Part shown: piece by piece, positions 9,041 through 17,830 of the stretch | How positions within the stretch are numbered: the first letter of the stretch is position 1 | How the letters are laid out: each line of letters opens with the position of its first letter | The notes under the pieces: generated by a model | Seen by the model: the letters and a program-made list of their open reading frames with translations, nothing else | Databases searched by the model: none | What the model was told of the DNA's origin: nothing | Assembly (NCBI GenBank): GCA_045652425.1 | Contig: JAZRUG010000035.1 | Location: forward strand, 1,853-65,852 | Direction of reading: 5' to 3' | Source: Eubacteriales bacterium | Lineage (GTDB): Bacteria > Bacillota > Clostridia > Oscillospirales > CAG-272 | Length of the DNA stretch: 64,000 nucleotides | Translations under genes and position numbers: made by a program

Positions 9041-10378
9041 TTAAAATATTGCAGTTGCTAAAGTGTTGGGCATCATTTCGATATACCACCACTTGCCGTC
9101 GTGGAAATACTGAATCTGCTCTTTTTTGTCCGAGGGGTTTACAAGAAGAAGTATTGTCTTGCCGTCCTTGGACGTTGCAACGCAGCCTTCGGTATATCTT
9201 GTTTGTTTGGGGAAAGCGAAAACGGACAATTCCGGACGCTCAAATTTCAAGGGAGAGATTTCCCAAGTTTCGTCAATCATCGCAAAGTGTCTGAATGCTT
9301 TTGACTGACCGCTGTATGAAAGGCTTCCGTCAAGGCTGTTTCTTGTGACGAGACCGCCGCAGAAGTAAGGACCAACGTTGGGACCGCCTTGTTCGTCAAG
9401 CATAAGGTTCCAACCGGTGAGAGAAGAGTATCCGTTTTGGAATACCTTTGTCAACATAACGCCCCACTTGCACCAGTCTGTGGCGTAATTGTCGTAAAGT
9501 CGGGGACCGCCTTCGGTAAAGTGGAGGGGTAATTCGGGGAACATTTCTCTCAAAATAGCCGTCTGCTCAATGTTGCCGTGGTAGTAGTGGAATGCTACGC
9601 CTGCGCTGTCGCGACGTAATTCGGGGTATTCTTCAAGAGACCATTTAACTCTGTTTATATGAATAAAGTTGTGGTCAAAGAACCAAATCTTTGTATCAAT
9701 GCCGTTGTCGTCAAATCTCTTTCTCAAGATGCTGACAAACTTTGCTTCGGATTCCGGATGCCATCTGCATGCGGGCATTTTACCGTCCTGATGTGTTGTG
9801 GGCTCGTTCTGAGAGGTTACGGCAAAAATGTTTATGCCTTCTGCCTGATATGCCTTGATGTATTTTACAAAATAGTCTGCGTATACGTCAAGATACTTAT
9901 CTCTCATATAACCGCCGCCGAGCATACCGCCTGTCTTCATCCATCCTGGAGGAGACCAAGGAGATGCAAAAAGCTTCAAGTCGGGTTTTATTTCCAAGAT
10001 TTCTTTAATCATAGGAATAATGTAGTTCTTGTCTCTTTCGATAGAGAAGTGCTTTAATTCAACGTCATTTTCAACGTCGTCATAAGAATATACTTCTGCC
10101 GAATAGTCACTTGAGCCAATGGAAAGTCTACCGATTTTCATATCCAAGCCTTTGGGAGTGTAAAGATATTCCAAAAGCTCACGTCTTTTTTCTTTATCCA
10201 TTTTGCTGAGGTTGTAGCAAGATGCGCCCGTAATTGCCGCTCCGCAACCCATAAAGCCTTTGTTTACAAAGGTATCATCTTTTTTTGCTGTTGTTATACC
10301 GCAAAGGGTAGTGCCGGCAAAAAATGAATCCTCAATAAACTCTCCGTATTCATTTGTTGTAAATATTTTAGCTTCCAT
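9041..10378 (-). CDS. Glycoside hydrolase family 30 (glucosylceramidase-like), cytoplasmic
   Basis: 445-aa ORF with the FASPWSPPGWMKT motif typical of GH30. No signal peptide. Confidence 0.85.
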   Translation of the reverse strand: MEAKIFTTNEYGEFIEDSFFAGTTLCGITTAKKDDTFVNKGFMGCGAAITGASCYNLSKMDKEKRRELLEYLYTPKGLDMKIGRLSIGSSDYSAEVYSYDDVENDVELKHFSIERDKNYIIPMIKEILEIKPDLKLFASPWSPPGWMKTGGMLGGGYMRDKYLDVYADYFVKYIKAYQAEGINIFAVTSQNEPTTHQDGKMPACRWHPESEAKFVSILRKRFDDNGIDTKIWFFDHNFIHINRVKWSLEEYPELRRDSAGVAFHYYHGNIEQTAILREMFPELPLHFTEGGPRLYDNYATDWCKWGVMLTKVFQNGYSSLTGWNLMLDEQGGPNVGPYFCGGLVTRNSLDGSLSYSGQSKAFRHFAMIDETWEISPLKFERPELSVFAFPKQTRYTEGCVATSKDGKTILLLVNPSDKKEQIQYFHDGKWWYIEMMPNTLATAIF

Positions 10379-10520
10379 AAAAAGACTCCTTTTTATAAAA
10401 AATTGTACTTTTTATTTATTATATAGTATTAATTAAAAAGATTAAATGTATATTTTGAGTAAAATATTGTATTTTTTAGTAATATGCTATATAATTGTAG
10501 TAGAGGAGTGGTCAGTTCTT

Positions 10521-11312
10521 ATGTATAACTTTTTGAATAATAGTAACGAATATATATTAAAAATGGCAATGCGGCAGTCTTGGCGTAACCAAAAATACAG
10601 CTACAAAAATACTGCAAGACGTGACTACGGTTTTTTGTATCTTTTAAGCGGCCGCGCTGTCTATAACTTTGACGGCAAAAGTATAGAGCTTCATACGGGT
10701 GATATTATCTGTTTGCCTAAAGGAAGTTATTACGAGGCGGAGTTTGATGTGAGCCTTGGCAAAGTAAAAAATTATCTGATAAATTTTGATATTTTAAACG
10801 ACGAGATTTCTACAAATGTAATTAATCCGTTTCTTTATCACAGTGATGGGCATAACGTCATATCAAGTTATTTTAAAGACCTTGTAGATGCATTTAACAG
10901 CGAGGGAAATTCACTTTTGACAAAGTCTTTGTTCTATAGGTTGCTTTATACGTTGGCTTCGGTAAATCCCGCCAATAGTAAGACGGATATTGACAGTGAT
11001 ATTGATAAAGGCGCAGTGCTTTTAAAGGAAAGGCTTGATTTGTCGGTTGAAGATATTGCAAAAAAACTACATTTGAGCAGAAGTGCATTTCAAAAGCGTT
11101 TTAAAGACGTCTTTGGGGTTGCTCCTGTAAAATACAGAACATTGAATAAACTCGAAAAATCTAAAATATATCTTGATACTACCGATATGCCTATAAAGGA
11201 AATTGCGGAAAAGCTTGAGTTCTATGATTTGTCCTATTTTTACAAGGTTTTTGAAAAGCATTATTCCGTTACGCCTAAAAAGTACCGCGACAATTTGAAA
11301 AAATATTTGTGA
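10521..11312 (+). CDS. AraC family transcriptional regulator
   Basis: Cupin-like N-terminal half and a C-terminal double HTH (LSRSAFQKRFKDVFGVAPVKYR ... IAEKLEFYDLSYFYKVFEKHY). Start set at ATG 10521, preceded by GAGGAG at 10503-10508. Divergent from the GH30 gene. Confidence 0.85.
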   Translation: MYNFLNNSNEYILKMAMRQSWRNQKYSYKNTARRDYGFLYLLSGRAVYNFDGKSIELHTGDIICLPKGSYYEAEFDVSLGKVKNYLINFDILNDEISTNVINPFLYHSDGHNVISSYFKDLVDAFNSEGNSLLTKSLFYRLLYTLASVNPANSKTDIDSDIDKGAVLLKERLDLSVEDIAKKLHLSRSAFQKRFKDVFGVAPVKYRTLNKLEKSKIYLDTTDMPIKEIAEKLEFYDLSYFYKVFEKHYSVTPKKYRDNLKKYL

Positions 11313-11421
11313 AGTATGGTTTTAAACGATTTTTTTCAAATATATAGACAATCTTTTGTCTTTGTGATAAAATCAAGGCATATATAATAAAATGATATAA
11401 AACGAAATGGAGATATTAAAT

Positions 11422-12039
11422 ATGAAAGTACTTATGCTGAACGGAAGTCCGAGAAATAACAGCAATACATCTATTGCTTTGAATGAGGTGAAAAATATCC
11501 TTGTGCAAGAGGGAATAGAGGTTGAGATTATTCAGGTTGGTAATATGGAAATAAAGGGCTGTAAAGGTTGTCAGTATTGCAAAAAGAATGGAAAATGTGT
11601 TATGGACGACTTTGTTAATGAGTTTGCAGTTAAGCTTGAGGCGGCTGACGGTCTTGTTGTGGGAAGTCCTGTTTATTATGCTTCGGCAAACGGTACTCTC
11701 GTGTGTTTGCTTGACAGACTTTTCTATAGCACTGCTTTTGATAAGACTATGAAGGTAGGCGCATCCGTTGCGGTTGCGAGACGCGGCGGCTGTTCTGCTA
11801 CTTTTGATGAATTAAATAAATATTTTACCATAAGCGGTATGCCTATTGTTTCCAGCCAGTATTGGAACAGCGTTCACGGCAGAGCGCCCGGAGATGCACC
11901 TAAAGATGAAGAGGGAATGCAGACTATGCGTACTCTTGGCAGAAATATGGCTTTCCTTATTAAGAGTATTGCTCTCGGTAAAGAAAAGTACGGTATTCCC
12001 GAAAAAGAACCGGGCGTTATGACAAGTTTTATAAGATAA
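11422..12039 (+). CDS. Flavodoxin-like NAD(P)H-dependent FMN reductase, iron-sulfur-flavoprotein type
   Basis: MKVLMLNGSPRNN flavodoxin-fold start plus the Cys motif CKGCQYCKKNGKC. Start set at ATG 11422, with GGAG 9 nt upstream. Confidence 0.8.
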   Translation: MKVLMLNGSPRNNSNTSIALNEVKNILVQEGIEVEIIQVGNMEIKGCKGCQYCKKNGKCVMDDFVNEFAVKLEAADGLVVGSPVYYASANGTLVCLLDRLFYSTAFDKTMKVGASVAVARRGGCSATFDELNKYFTISGMPIVSSQYWNSVHGRAPGDAPKDEEGMQTMRTLGRNMAFLIKSIALGKEKYGIPEKEPGVMTSFIR

Positions 12040-12043
12040 AAAG

Positions 12044-12070
12044 AAAAAGCACCGAAACGGTGCTTTTTGT
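12044..12070 (+). terminator. Intrinsic terminator of the flavoprotein gene
   Basis: GCACCG-AAA-CGGTGC followed by TTTTTGTT. Confidence 0.8.
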
Positions 12071-12087
12071 TGTAAGTAACGGGCAGT

Positions 12088-12282
12088 CAGGGCGTTGCCC
12101 TGAAACCCACCAAAGGCGCTTTTTGAAAAAAGCACCTTTGGAATCCGCAAAAACTTTTATACTGACGTTAGTTAGTATAAAACAAATAATTGTGGCACAA
12201 TCCCATATTTAAAAGGTTCTTTGCTTACTTTCTTCCTTAAAGAAAGTAAGCCTTAAAGAAAGTAAGCCTTAAAGAAAGTAGG
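12088..12282 (+). repeat. Composite palindromic intergenic repeat, full copy 1
   Basis: Modules: CAGGGCGTTGCCCTGAAAC 12088-12106; palindrome CCAAAGGCGCTTTTTGAAAAAAGCACCTTTGG 12110-12141; GCAAAAACTTTT 12147-12158; AT hairpin 12155-12182; GGTTCTTTGC 12215-12224; CTTACTTTCTT/AAGAAAGTAAG hairpin 12224-12250, whose right arm is expanded to 3 x 16 bp (12235-12282). Same order as the copies at 18401-18613 and 60197-60421. Confidence 0.8.
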
Positions 12283-13686
12283 TTATTTAATAGCCGAACC
12301 TTTTGTATATACGCCGTATTCTTTCCAAACTTCAGTATACTTATCGTAACGTTTCTTATCCTCGGTAATGTCGTAGAAGCTTTCGCCGTGTTCGCCGAAG
12401 AAGTGTCTATAGAGCTTATCGGATCTGCCCGACATACTTTCAAGCGTTTCTTTTGCGCCTTCAACACCGAGAGTGTATTCGCGCATCATAATGCCTTCTG
12501 CTCTGCAAAGAACTTTTGTTCTTTCAAAGTAGTTTTCGAGAAGGAATCTTGTGTACATAGCAAGTCTGAAATCGCCCTGTACTCTGTATTCGTGGTTGGA
12601 TTCGCTGTCCTTAACGATATGAAGTACGGGAGATGTCATACCCGATTTAATAGCTTCGAATATGCTGTCTCTTGTATTGTCTTTTGCAAAAACAATAGTG
12701 TAGATGTTACCGAAACGAATCTTGGGATCGTTAAACGTCTTGTGAGCATCACTGCTTGATACGAGAGGCATTCTGAAGCCTTCTGCGCGAAGCTGATTAA
12801 AATATGAGATAGAAAGGTCGTTTCCGTTGTCAGTCATACCGCCGTTTATCTCGTATGCATCAAACCAACCGCTCTTGAACAGCTTTTCAAGAAGGGGAAG
12901 TGTAACGTTATAAGTAAGGTTCTCTGATACCTGAAGCCAGAACGGGTGGGGGAGAATTGCAAGACCGCCGTCTTCATGGATTCTTGTTGTAGCCCATTTT
13001 GCCATAGCAAGACGTCTTGCGTCTACACCTGCATCTGCAAATTCTTTTTCGAGTTCGTCTACTTCTTTTTCATATTCTTCTGTGTGGTGGCAATAGAATT
13101 CGTCAATCCCCTTACCTTTGCAGAGGTGAACTATATGCAACGTATTTCCGGGAGTGTGTACTTCTTCGCCGTTCATAATGTTAAGGTCAATCTTTATGTC
13201 TTTGAATTCGTCTTGAACCTCTTCAGAAGAGAAGTAGCGGTTGTGGTCTGTTACAAAGATGAAATCAAAGCCTTCATGACGGAAGTTTGATACAAGTTCT
13301 CCGGAATAGTCGTCGCCGTCTGAACGGGGAGTGTGTACGTGTAAGTCGCCTTTGAGGGGACGAAGACAGTACAAATCCTCTTCCAATGCATATACAGATG
13401 TGTGGTTATAGGGCTTGTCCGCAGATTCTTTAAAACGAATCTCATATTCGCATTCGTGTTCGAATTCATATTCGAAAGTGAGCTTTCCGCCTTCTGCTAC
13501 AACTGTAAAATCAGGCTCTGTCTTCGGGAACTTACGGTTATAGCACATAGGCACCATAAATACCAAGTATTCCTTGCCATCTTCAAAGTAAAGCTGACCT
13601 TTCAAGGGAATAACAGAAACTTTTGATTTTTTGCCTATAGGGAAGATTACCGGTTGTGCGATATATCTTGTCATAACGTCTTTCAT
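12283..13686 (-). CDS. PHP-domain metallohydrolase (CehA/McbA-like) with an uncharacterised ~105-aa N-terminal region
   Basis: 467-aa ORF with LKGDLHVHTPRSDGDD and FIFVTDHN (PHP metal ligands). Confidence 0.7.
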   Translation of the reverse strand: MKDVMTRYIAQPVIFPIGKKSKVSVIPLKGQLYFEDGKEYLVFMVPMCYNRKFPKTEPDFTVVAEGGKLTFEYEFEHECEYEIRFKESADKPYNHTSVYALEEDLYCLRPLKGDLHVHTPRSDGDDYSGELVSNFRHEGFDFIFVTDHNRYFSSEEVQDEFKDIKIDLNIMNGEEVHTPGNTLHIVHLCKGKGIDEFYCHHTEEYEKEVDELEKEFADAGVDARRLAMAKWATTRIHEDGGLAILPHPFWLQVSENLTYNVTLPLLEKLFKSGWFDAYEINGGMTDNGNDLSISYFNQLRAEGFRMPLVSSSDAHKTFNDPKIRFGNIYTIVFAKDNTRDSIFEAIKSGMTSPVLHIVKDSESNHEYRVQGDFRLAMYTRFLLENYFERTKVLCRAEGIMMREYTLGVEGAKETLESMSGRSDKLYRHFFGEHGESFYDITEDKKRYDKYTEVWKEYGVYTKGSAIK

Positions 13687-13743
13687 AGTATTTTTGCCTT
13701 TCTTTGTTTTGAGTAGAAATAAATTGGATTTTAAAAGATAGCA

Positions 13744-13777
13744 ATAATGCTGTGCGCTTTTTAGCTCACAGCATTAT
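13744..13777 (-). terminator. Hairpin downstream of purC (weak terminator)
   Basis: ATAATGCTGTG/CACAGCATTAT 11-bp stem. The minus-strand tail TTGCTATCTTTT is only moderately U-rich. Confidence 0.5.
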
Positions 13778-13782
13778 AAAAT

Positions 13783-14466
13783 TTATCTGTTAAGAATAAG
13801 CTTTGTGAGTTCTACGGGTTCAACAATCTTGCCGTCTTTGTATACACGCATATTGCCGGATGCAATTTCGTCAATAAGGATAACTTCGCCGTTGTTGTAG
13901 CCAAATTCAAACTTAATATCCCAAAGGTCAAGTCCGATTGTCTTGAGGTCGTCAGCAACTATCTTTGTAATCTTGAGAGTCTGTTCCTTCATAGATTTAA
14001 AGAGTTCTTCGCTCATAACGCCAAGAGCTGCAAGTCCTTCGGAAGTAACCAACGGATCGCCCTTTTCGTCATTCTTGAACGTACATTCAACGTATCCACC
14101 TTCAAGAACTGTTCCGTCTGCAATATATTCACCATAACGGCGGATAAAGCTTCCTGTTGCAACAAGTCTGCAAATTACTTCAAGACCGTGTCCGAATACT
14201 TTGCCGGGAAGTACTTCCATTGTAGCATTTTCAATATCAGCAGAAACGTAGTGAGTCTTGATACCTGCCTTCTGGAGCATTTCAAAGTAGTATACAGAGG
14301 TACGGAGGTTAGCCTTGCCGATACCTTCGATAGTAAGACCTACGGAGTTTTCTCCGGGATCAAATACGCCGTCTTTGCCTGTGCAGTCGTCCTTGAACTT
14401 GAGCATTACATTGCCGTTGTCAAGTGCGTAAACATCTTTCGTTTTTCCTGTGTAGGTTAATTTCAT
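13783..14466 (-). CDS. purC: Phosphoribosylaminoimidazole-succinocarboxamide (SAICAR) synthase
   Basis: 227-aa ORF starting [18 protein letters not shown]..., the short PurC form. Confidence 0.95.
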   Translation of the reverse strand: MKLTYTGKTKDVYALDNGNVMLKFKDDCTGKDGVFDPGENSVGLTIEGIGKANLRTSVYYFEMLQKAGIKTHYVSADIENATMEVLPGKVFGHGLEVICRLVATGSFIRRYGEYIADGTVLEGGYVECTFKNDEKGDPLVTSEGLAALGVMSEELFKSMKEQTLKITKIVADDLKTIGLDLWDIKFEFGYNNGEVILIDEIASGNMRVYKDGKIVEPVELTKLILNR

Positions 14467-14509
14467 TGAAAATTCCTTCTTTCAAATAAATATATAAAAC
14501 TTTTATTAA

Positions 14510-15688
14510 TTACTTCTGTTCAGCTTTAATCTTTGTAACGAAGATTTCCATCTTTTCAAGAGCCTTCTTAATGTGCTCAACGGAGTAAGCATAAGAAATT
14601 CTTGCAAAGCCTTCGCCGCATTCGCCGAATGCTGTACCGGGAACGATAGCAACGCCTTCTTCGCGCAAAAGTCTCTGGCAGAATTCATCACTTGTCAAAC
14701 CAAACTTGCCGATGTTGGGGAATACATAGAATGCGCCTTCTGCTTCAAAGCAGTCAATGCCGATTTTGTTAAGGCCTTCAATAATAGCAACACGGCGTCT
14801 GTTGTATTCTTCAGCCATCATCTTAACGTCTTCGTCGCCGTTCTTAATAGCTTCAATAGCTGCGTACTGGCTGGTTGTAGGTGCGCACATAATCGCATAC
14901 TGGTGGAGCTTCAAAATCTGCGCTGTAATAGGTGCGGGAGCTGCAATGTAACCCATTCTCCAACCTGTCATAGCGTAAGCCTTTGAGAAGCCGCTTGCGA
15001 TAATAGTTCTTTCCCACATGCCGGGAAGACTTGCGAATGAGCAGTGCTGGCGTCCGTATGTGAGTTCGCCGTAAATTTCATCTGAAAGAACGAGAATGTT
15101 TGTGTCGCGGAGAATTTCAGCGATAGGCTCGAGGTCTTCCTTAGTCATAATAGCGCCTGTGGGGTTGTTGGGGTAAGGAAGTATAAGCATCTTTGTCTTA
15201 GGAGTAATAGCTGCCTTCAATGCTTCGGGGGTGAGCTTGAACTTATCTTTTTCTGTTGTGTTGATGATAACAGGAGTACCGCCTGCAAGTTCAACCAACG
15301 GAGGATAGCATACGAATGCGGGAAGGGGAATGATAACTTCGTCGCCGGGGTTAACGCAAGCTCTGATCGCATTGTCGATAGCTTCTGAACCACCAACTGT
15401 AACGATGATTTCTTTCAAAGCTTCGTACTTGGTGTTGAAACGTCTGTCAAGGTAATTTGCAATTTCCTGACGAAGTTCTGTCATACCGCTGTTTGATGTG
15501 TATTTTGTAGCGCCGTCTTCAAGGCTCTTAATTGCAACGTCACGAATGTGTTTAGGTGTAACGAAATCGGGTTCGCCTACTGTAAGCGATACAACGTCTT
15601 TCATTTCCGCTGCAATGTCAAAGAACTTTCTGATACCGGAAGGCTGAATCTTTTGGACTTTTTTTGAGAGTATGTTTTGGTAATCCAT
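14510..15688 (-). CDS. Class I/II PLP-dependent aminotransferase (aspartate/aromatic type)
   Basis: SFSKAYAMTGWRMGY PLP-lysine motif and PNNPTG. Start set at ATG 15688 behind AAAGGAG; the track's 15712 start is a GTG inside the RBS region. Confidence 0.9.
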   Translation of the reverse strand: MDYQNILSKKVQKIQPSGIRKFFDIAAEMKDVVSLTVGEPDFVTPKHIRDVAIKSLEDGATKYTSNSGMTELRQEIANYLDRRFNTKYEALKEIIVTVGGSEAIDNAIRACVNPGDEVIIPLPAFVCYPPLVELAGGTPVIINTTEKDKFKLTPEALKAAITPKTKMLILPYPNNPTGAIMTKEDLEPIAEILRDTNILVLSDEIYGELTYGRQHCSFASLPGMWERTIIASGFSKAYAMTGWRMGYIAAPAPITAQILKLHQYAIMCAPTTSQYAAIEAIKNGDEDVKMMAEEYNRRRVAIIEGLNKIGIDCFEAEGAFYVFPNIGKFGLTSDEFCQRLLREEGVAIVPGTAFGECGEGFARISYAYSVEHIKKALEKMEIFVTKIKAEQK

Positions 15689-15732
15689 TTTGTTTATGCT
15701 CCTTTCAAGCACGTTAATTTCAAATCACAGAT

Positions 15733-15762
15733 ATTATAACATTTTTTGCCGTCATTTGTCTA
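15733..15762 (-). promoter_or_regulatory. Candidate promoter of the aminotransferase-purC unit
   Basis: Minus strand reads TAGACA, an 18-nt spacer, then TGtTATAAT (extended -10). Confidence 0.5.
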
Positions 15763-15909
15763 TAGGTATTTTATAAAAATAAGAAAAAATTTTCCATAAA
15801 TTTTTTTATAATAAAAGAGAAAAGTGTAAAATGTTGCGGAATTGTAAACATATTAAATTTTGGGTTTATTTTTTTGGTAATATGTGCTATTATAATGATT
15901 ATAGTCTGG

Positions 15910-16085
15910 CGAAACGCTTCTCGGCGTTTCGACAAGCCGATTTTATCGGCTTTGTAAAATTGAATTATTGAAAATTCAATTTTACACTATACTCATTTCA
16001 ATGGTTATAGTCGAATTTTCGGAGAAAATTCGACATCAAATCAAAGATTTGATGTCGAAACAGTAAATGTAATTACTGCTTCGAC
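15910..16085. repeat. Array of six directly abutting near-perfect hairpins
   Basis: hp1 15910-15931 (8 bp); hp2 15934-15952 (7 bp); hp3 15953-15986 (14 bp perfect); a 23-nt spacer; hp4 16010-16034 (11 bp perfect); hp5 16035-16053 (7 bp); hp6 16054-16085 (13 bp, one mismatch). hp4 and hp6 share GTCGAA...TTCGAC bases, and hp1 ends in TTCGAC. TATAGTC precedes hp1 and hp4. Confidence 0.85.
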
Positions 16086-16141
16086 TAACTAGAACCTTTA
16101 TAATATTTAATATTTGATTGATTCAAAGGAGTCTGAAAACA

Positions 16142-17245
16142 ATGAAAAAACTCATTTTATTTGCAATGCTTATTCTTGCTTTGACTGTTGTTCTTTGCAG
16201 TTGCGGCAAGAACAAAACACCTTATGACTACGATCTTAAGGAATATTTGACAATCGGAGAATTTCCCAATGTGGAAATTGACAAGGACAAGCTTCAGGAA
16301 CGTTTGGAGGAAGAAGTTTCAAATATTACTTCCGAATTCTCAACTACTGCTGAAGTAACGGACAGAGCTGTTAAAGACGGCGATATTGTAAACATTGACT
16401 ACGTTGGTAAAATCGACGGCAAAGAGTTCGAAGGCGGTTCTGCAAAGGGTTCTGACCTTACAATCGGTTCAAACACTTTTATTGCCGGTTTTGAAAAGGG
16501 ACTTATCGACAAGAAGATAGGCGAAGAAGTTACTCTTAACCTTGTTTTTCCTGAAGACTATGGTAAAGAAGACCTTAACGGAAAGGACGTTGTATTTACT
16601 GTAACAATAAATACAATTAAAGAGAAAACATCTCCCGATATTTCCGATAAGATGATTGAAGATAAGACCGACTATGCTACGGTTAAAGAGTTCTGCGATG
16701 CAAAAACCAAGGAAATTGCAAGAGAACTTGTTTGGGAGAAGTATATTTCTTCCGCTAAAGTTAACAAGTATCCCAAAGATGAAACAAAGGATATTTATGA
16801 TCAGCTTATAAACTACTATAAGCAGTTGGCTGTATATAATGGCGTTACTCTTGAAACGTTGGTTGCATCTTTTGGCGGTTACAAGAGTGCTGACGATTTC
16901 TTTGCTTATGCTTTGACTTCAGCTAAATCTACAGTAAAAGAAGAAATGGTTGTTTATCTTACGGCAAGAGAAAACAACATTGAACTCTCTGAAGAAGAAT
17001 ACAAGAAGCAGGGAGAAGAACTTGCAAAAGAATATGGATATGAAAACCTTAAAGACTACGAAAACGCTAACGGCAGAAGTGCTATTGAGGTTAACGTTTA
17101 TAAAGAGTTGATGATTGACAAGATGCTTGGTGAAGATGCTGTTGAATATGAGATGCCCGAAACTTCCGTTGAAACAGAAGCAGCTACACCCGAAACTGAA
17201 GAACCCGCAGAAACAAATGATGCTTCTGCAGAAACAGCTGCATAA
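16142..17245 (+). CDS. Trigger-factor-like FKBP-type peptidyl-prolyl isomerase with signal peptide and probable lipobox
   Basis: MKKLILFAMLILALTVVLCSCGK (signal peptide, LCS|C). FKBP/trigger-factor PPIase core VKDGDIVNIDYVGKIDGKEFEGGSAKG...FIAGFEKGL. Acidic C-terminal tail. ATG 16142 lies behind AAAGGAG. Confidence 0.75.
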   Translation: MKKLILFAMLILALTVVLCSCGKNKTPYDYDLKEYLTIGEFPNVEIDKDKLQERLEEEVSNITSEFSTTAEVTDRAVKDGDIVNIDYVGKIDGKEFEGGSAKGSDLTIGSNTFIAGFEKGLIDKKIGEEVTLNLVFPEDYGKEDLNGKDVVFTVTINTIKEKTSPDISDKMIEDKTDYATVKEFCDAKTKEIARELVWEKYISSAKVNKYPKDETKDIYDQLINYYKQLAVYNGVTLETLVASFGGYKSADDFFAYALTSAKSTVKEEMVVYLTARENNIELSEEEYKKQGEELAKEYGYENLKDYENANGRSAIEVNVYKELMIDKMLGEDAVEYEMPETSVETEAATPETEEPAETNDASAETAA

Positions 17246-17263
17246 GTTGATATAAGCTTTATC

Positions 17264-17299
17264 TAACCGTGTGTTTATAAAATGCACGGTTATTTTTTT
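17264..17299 (+). terminator. Intrinsic terminator of the trigger-factor-like gene
   Basis: TAACCGTG/CACGGTTA stem followed by TTTTTTT. Confidence 0.8.
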
Positions 17300-17348
17300 G
17301 TCTTTTTTGATGTTAAAAAATTTTTTTGAAAAAATTTCCATAAAACTA

Positions 17349-17377
17349 TTGACAAAAGCTCCTTATTAGGATATAAT
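17349..17377 (+). promoter_or_regulatory. Sigma-A promoter of the Fur-family regulator and rubrerythrin unit
   Basis: TTGACA 17349-17354, a 17-nt spacer, then TATAAT 17372-17377. Confidence 0.65.
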
Positions 17378-17409
17378 ATCATCAAGGAAAACGCAAAGGG
17401 GTGAACGGT

Positions 17410-17802
17410 GTGAAAAAAGAACGTAATACTTATCAAAAATCTTTGATTAAAGAAATAGTATTGAATTCATGTACTCATCCGTCTGCCGATGCTGTGTATG
17501 ACAAGGTTAAGGAAAATTGTCCAAACGTCAGCAAAGCAACTGTTTACAGAGTGCTTAGTGACCTTGCAGATAAAGGTGAGGTTTTTAGAGTGAAGGTTCT
17601 TGACGGGCCGGATAGATTTGACAAGACTCTGCATAAACATTATCATGTTAAGTGTTCGGTTTGCGGCAAGGTTGTTGATACCGGATATGCTTGTAACGAG
17701 ACAATAGAAAAGATTGCAGAAAAAAACTGTGATTTTAAGATTACCGGTCATGAAATAATCTTTGAGGGAATATGTCCCGATTGCGCTGTTAATAATAATT
17801 AA
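17410..17802 (+). CDS. Fur family transcriptional regulator (PerR-like by context)
   Basis: Winged-helix region (ATVYRVLSDLADKG) and metal sites HKHYHVKCSVCGK ... CPDC. GTG 17410 has better spacing to AAAGGGG than GTG 17401. It directly precedes rubrerythrin. Confidence 0.8.
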   Translation: MKKERNTYQKSLIKEIVLNSCTHPSADAVYDKVKENCPNVSKATVYRVLSDLADKGEVFRVKVLDGPDRFDKTLHKHYHVKCSVCGKVVDTGYACNETIEKIAEKNCDFKITGHEIIFEGICPDCAVNNN

Positions 17803-17830
17803 AATAATATATATTTAAAGGAGAACTACT

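Noticed and set aside
12235-12282. Possible mini-CRISPR or other spaced repeat array
   Set aside because: The 16-bp units are directly tandem with no spacers, and there are only three of them. They are an expansion of one arm of a repeat-family hairpin, and no cas genes are in the window.
15784-15800. Shared motif AAAAAATTT(T)CCATAAA here and at 17329-17344, upstream of the Fur-family promoter
   Set aside because: A single 16-17-nt A/T-rich match with an indel in an AT-rich 64-kb window is within what chance could produce, and there is no palindromic structure.
15910-16085. Integron attC array or CRISPR-like array
   Set aside because: There is no integrase or cas gene, no cassettes or spacers between the hairpins, and the ends (GTCGAA/TTCGAC) do not match the attC R''/R' consensus. 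It is kept only as an unexplained hairpin array.
17790-17812. Possible Fur/PerR box in AATAATAATTAAAATAAT between the regulator gene and rbr
   Set aside because: It is only a loose resemblance to TTATAAT-N-ATTATAA within a pure A/T stretch and cannot be distinguished from background.
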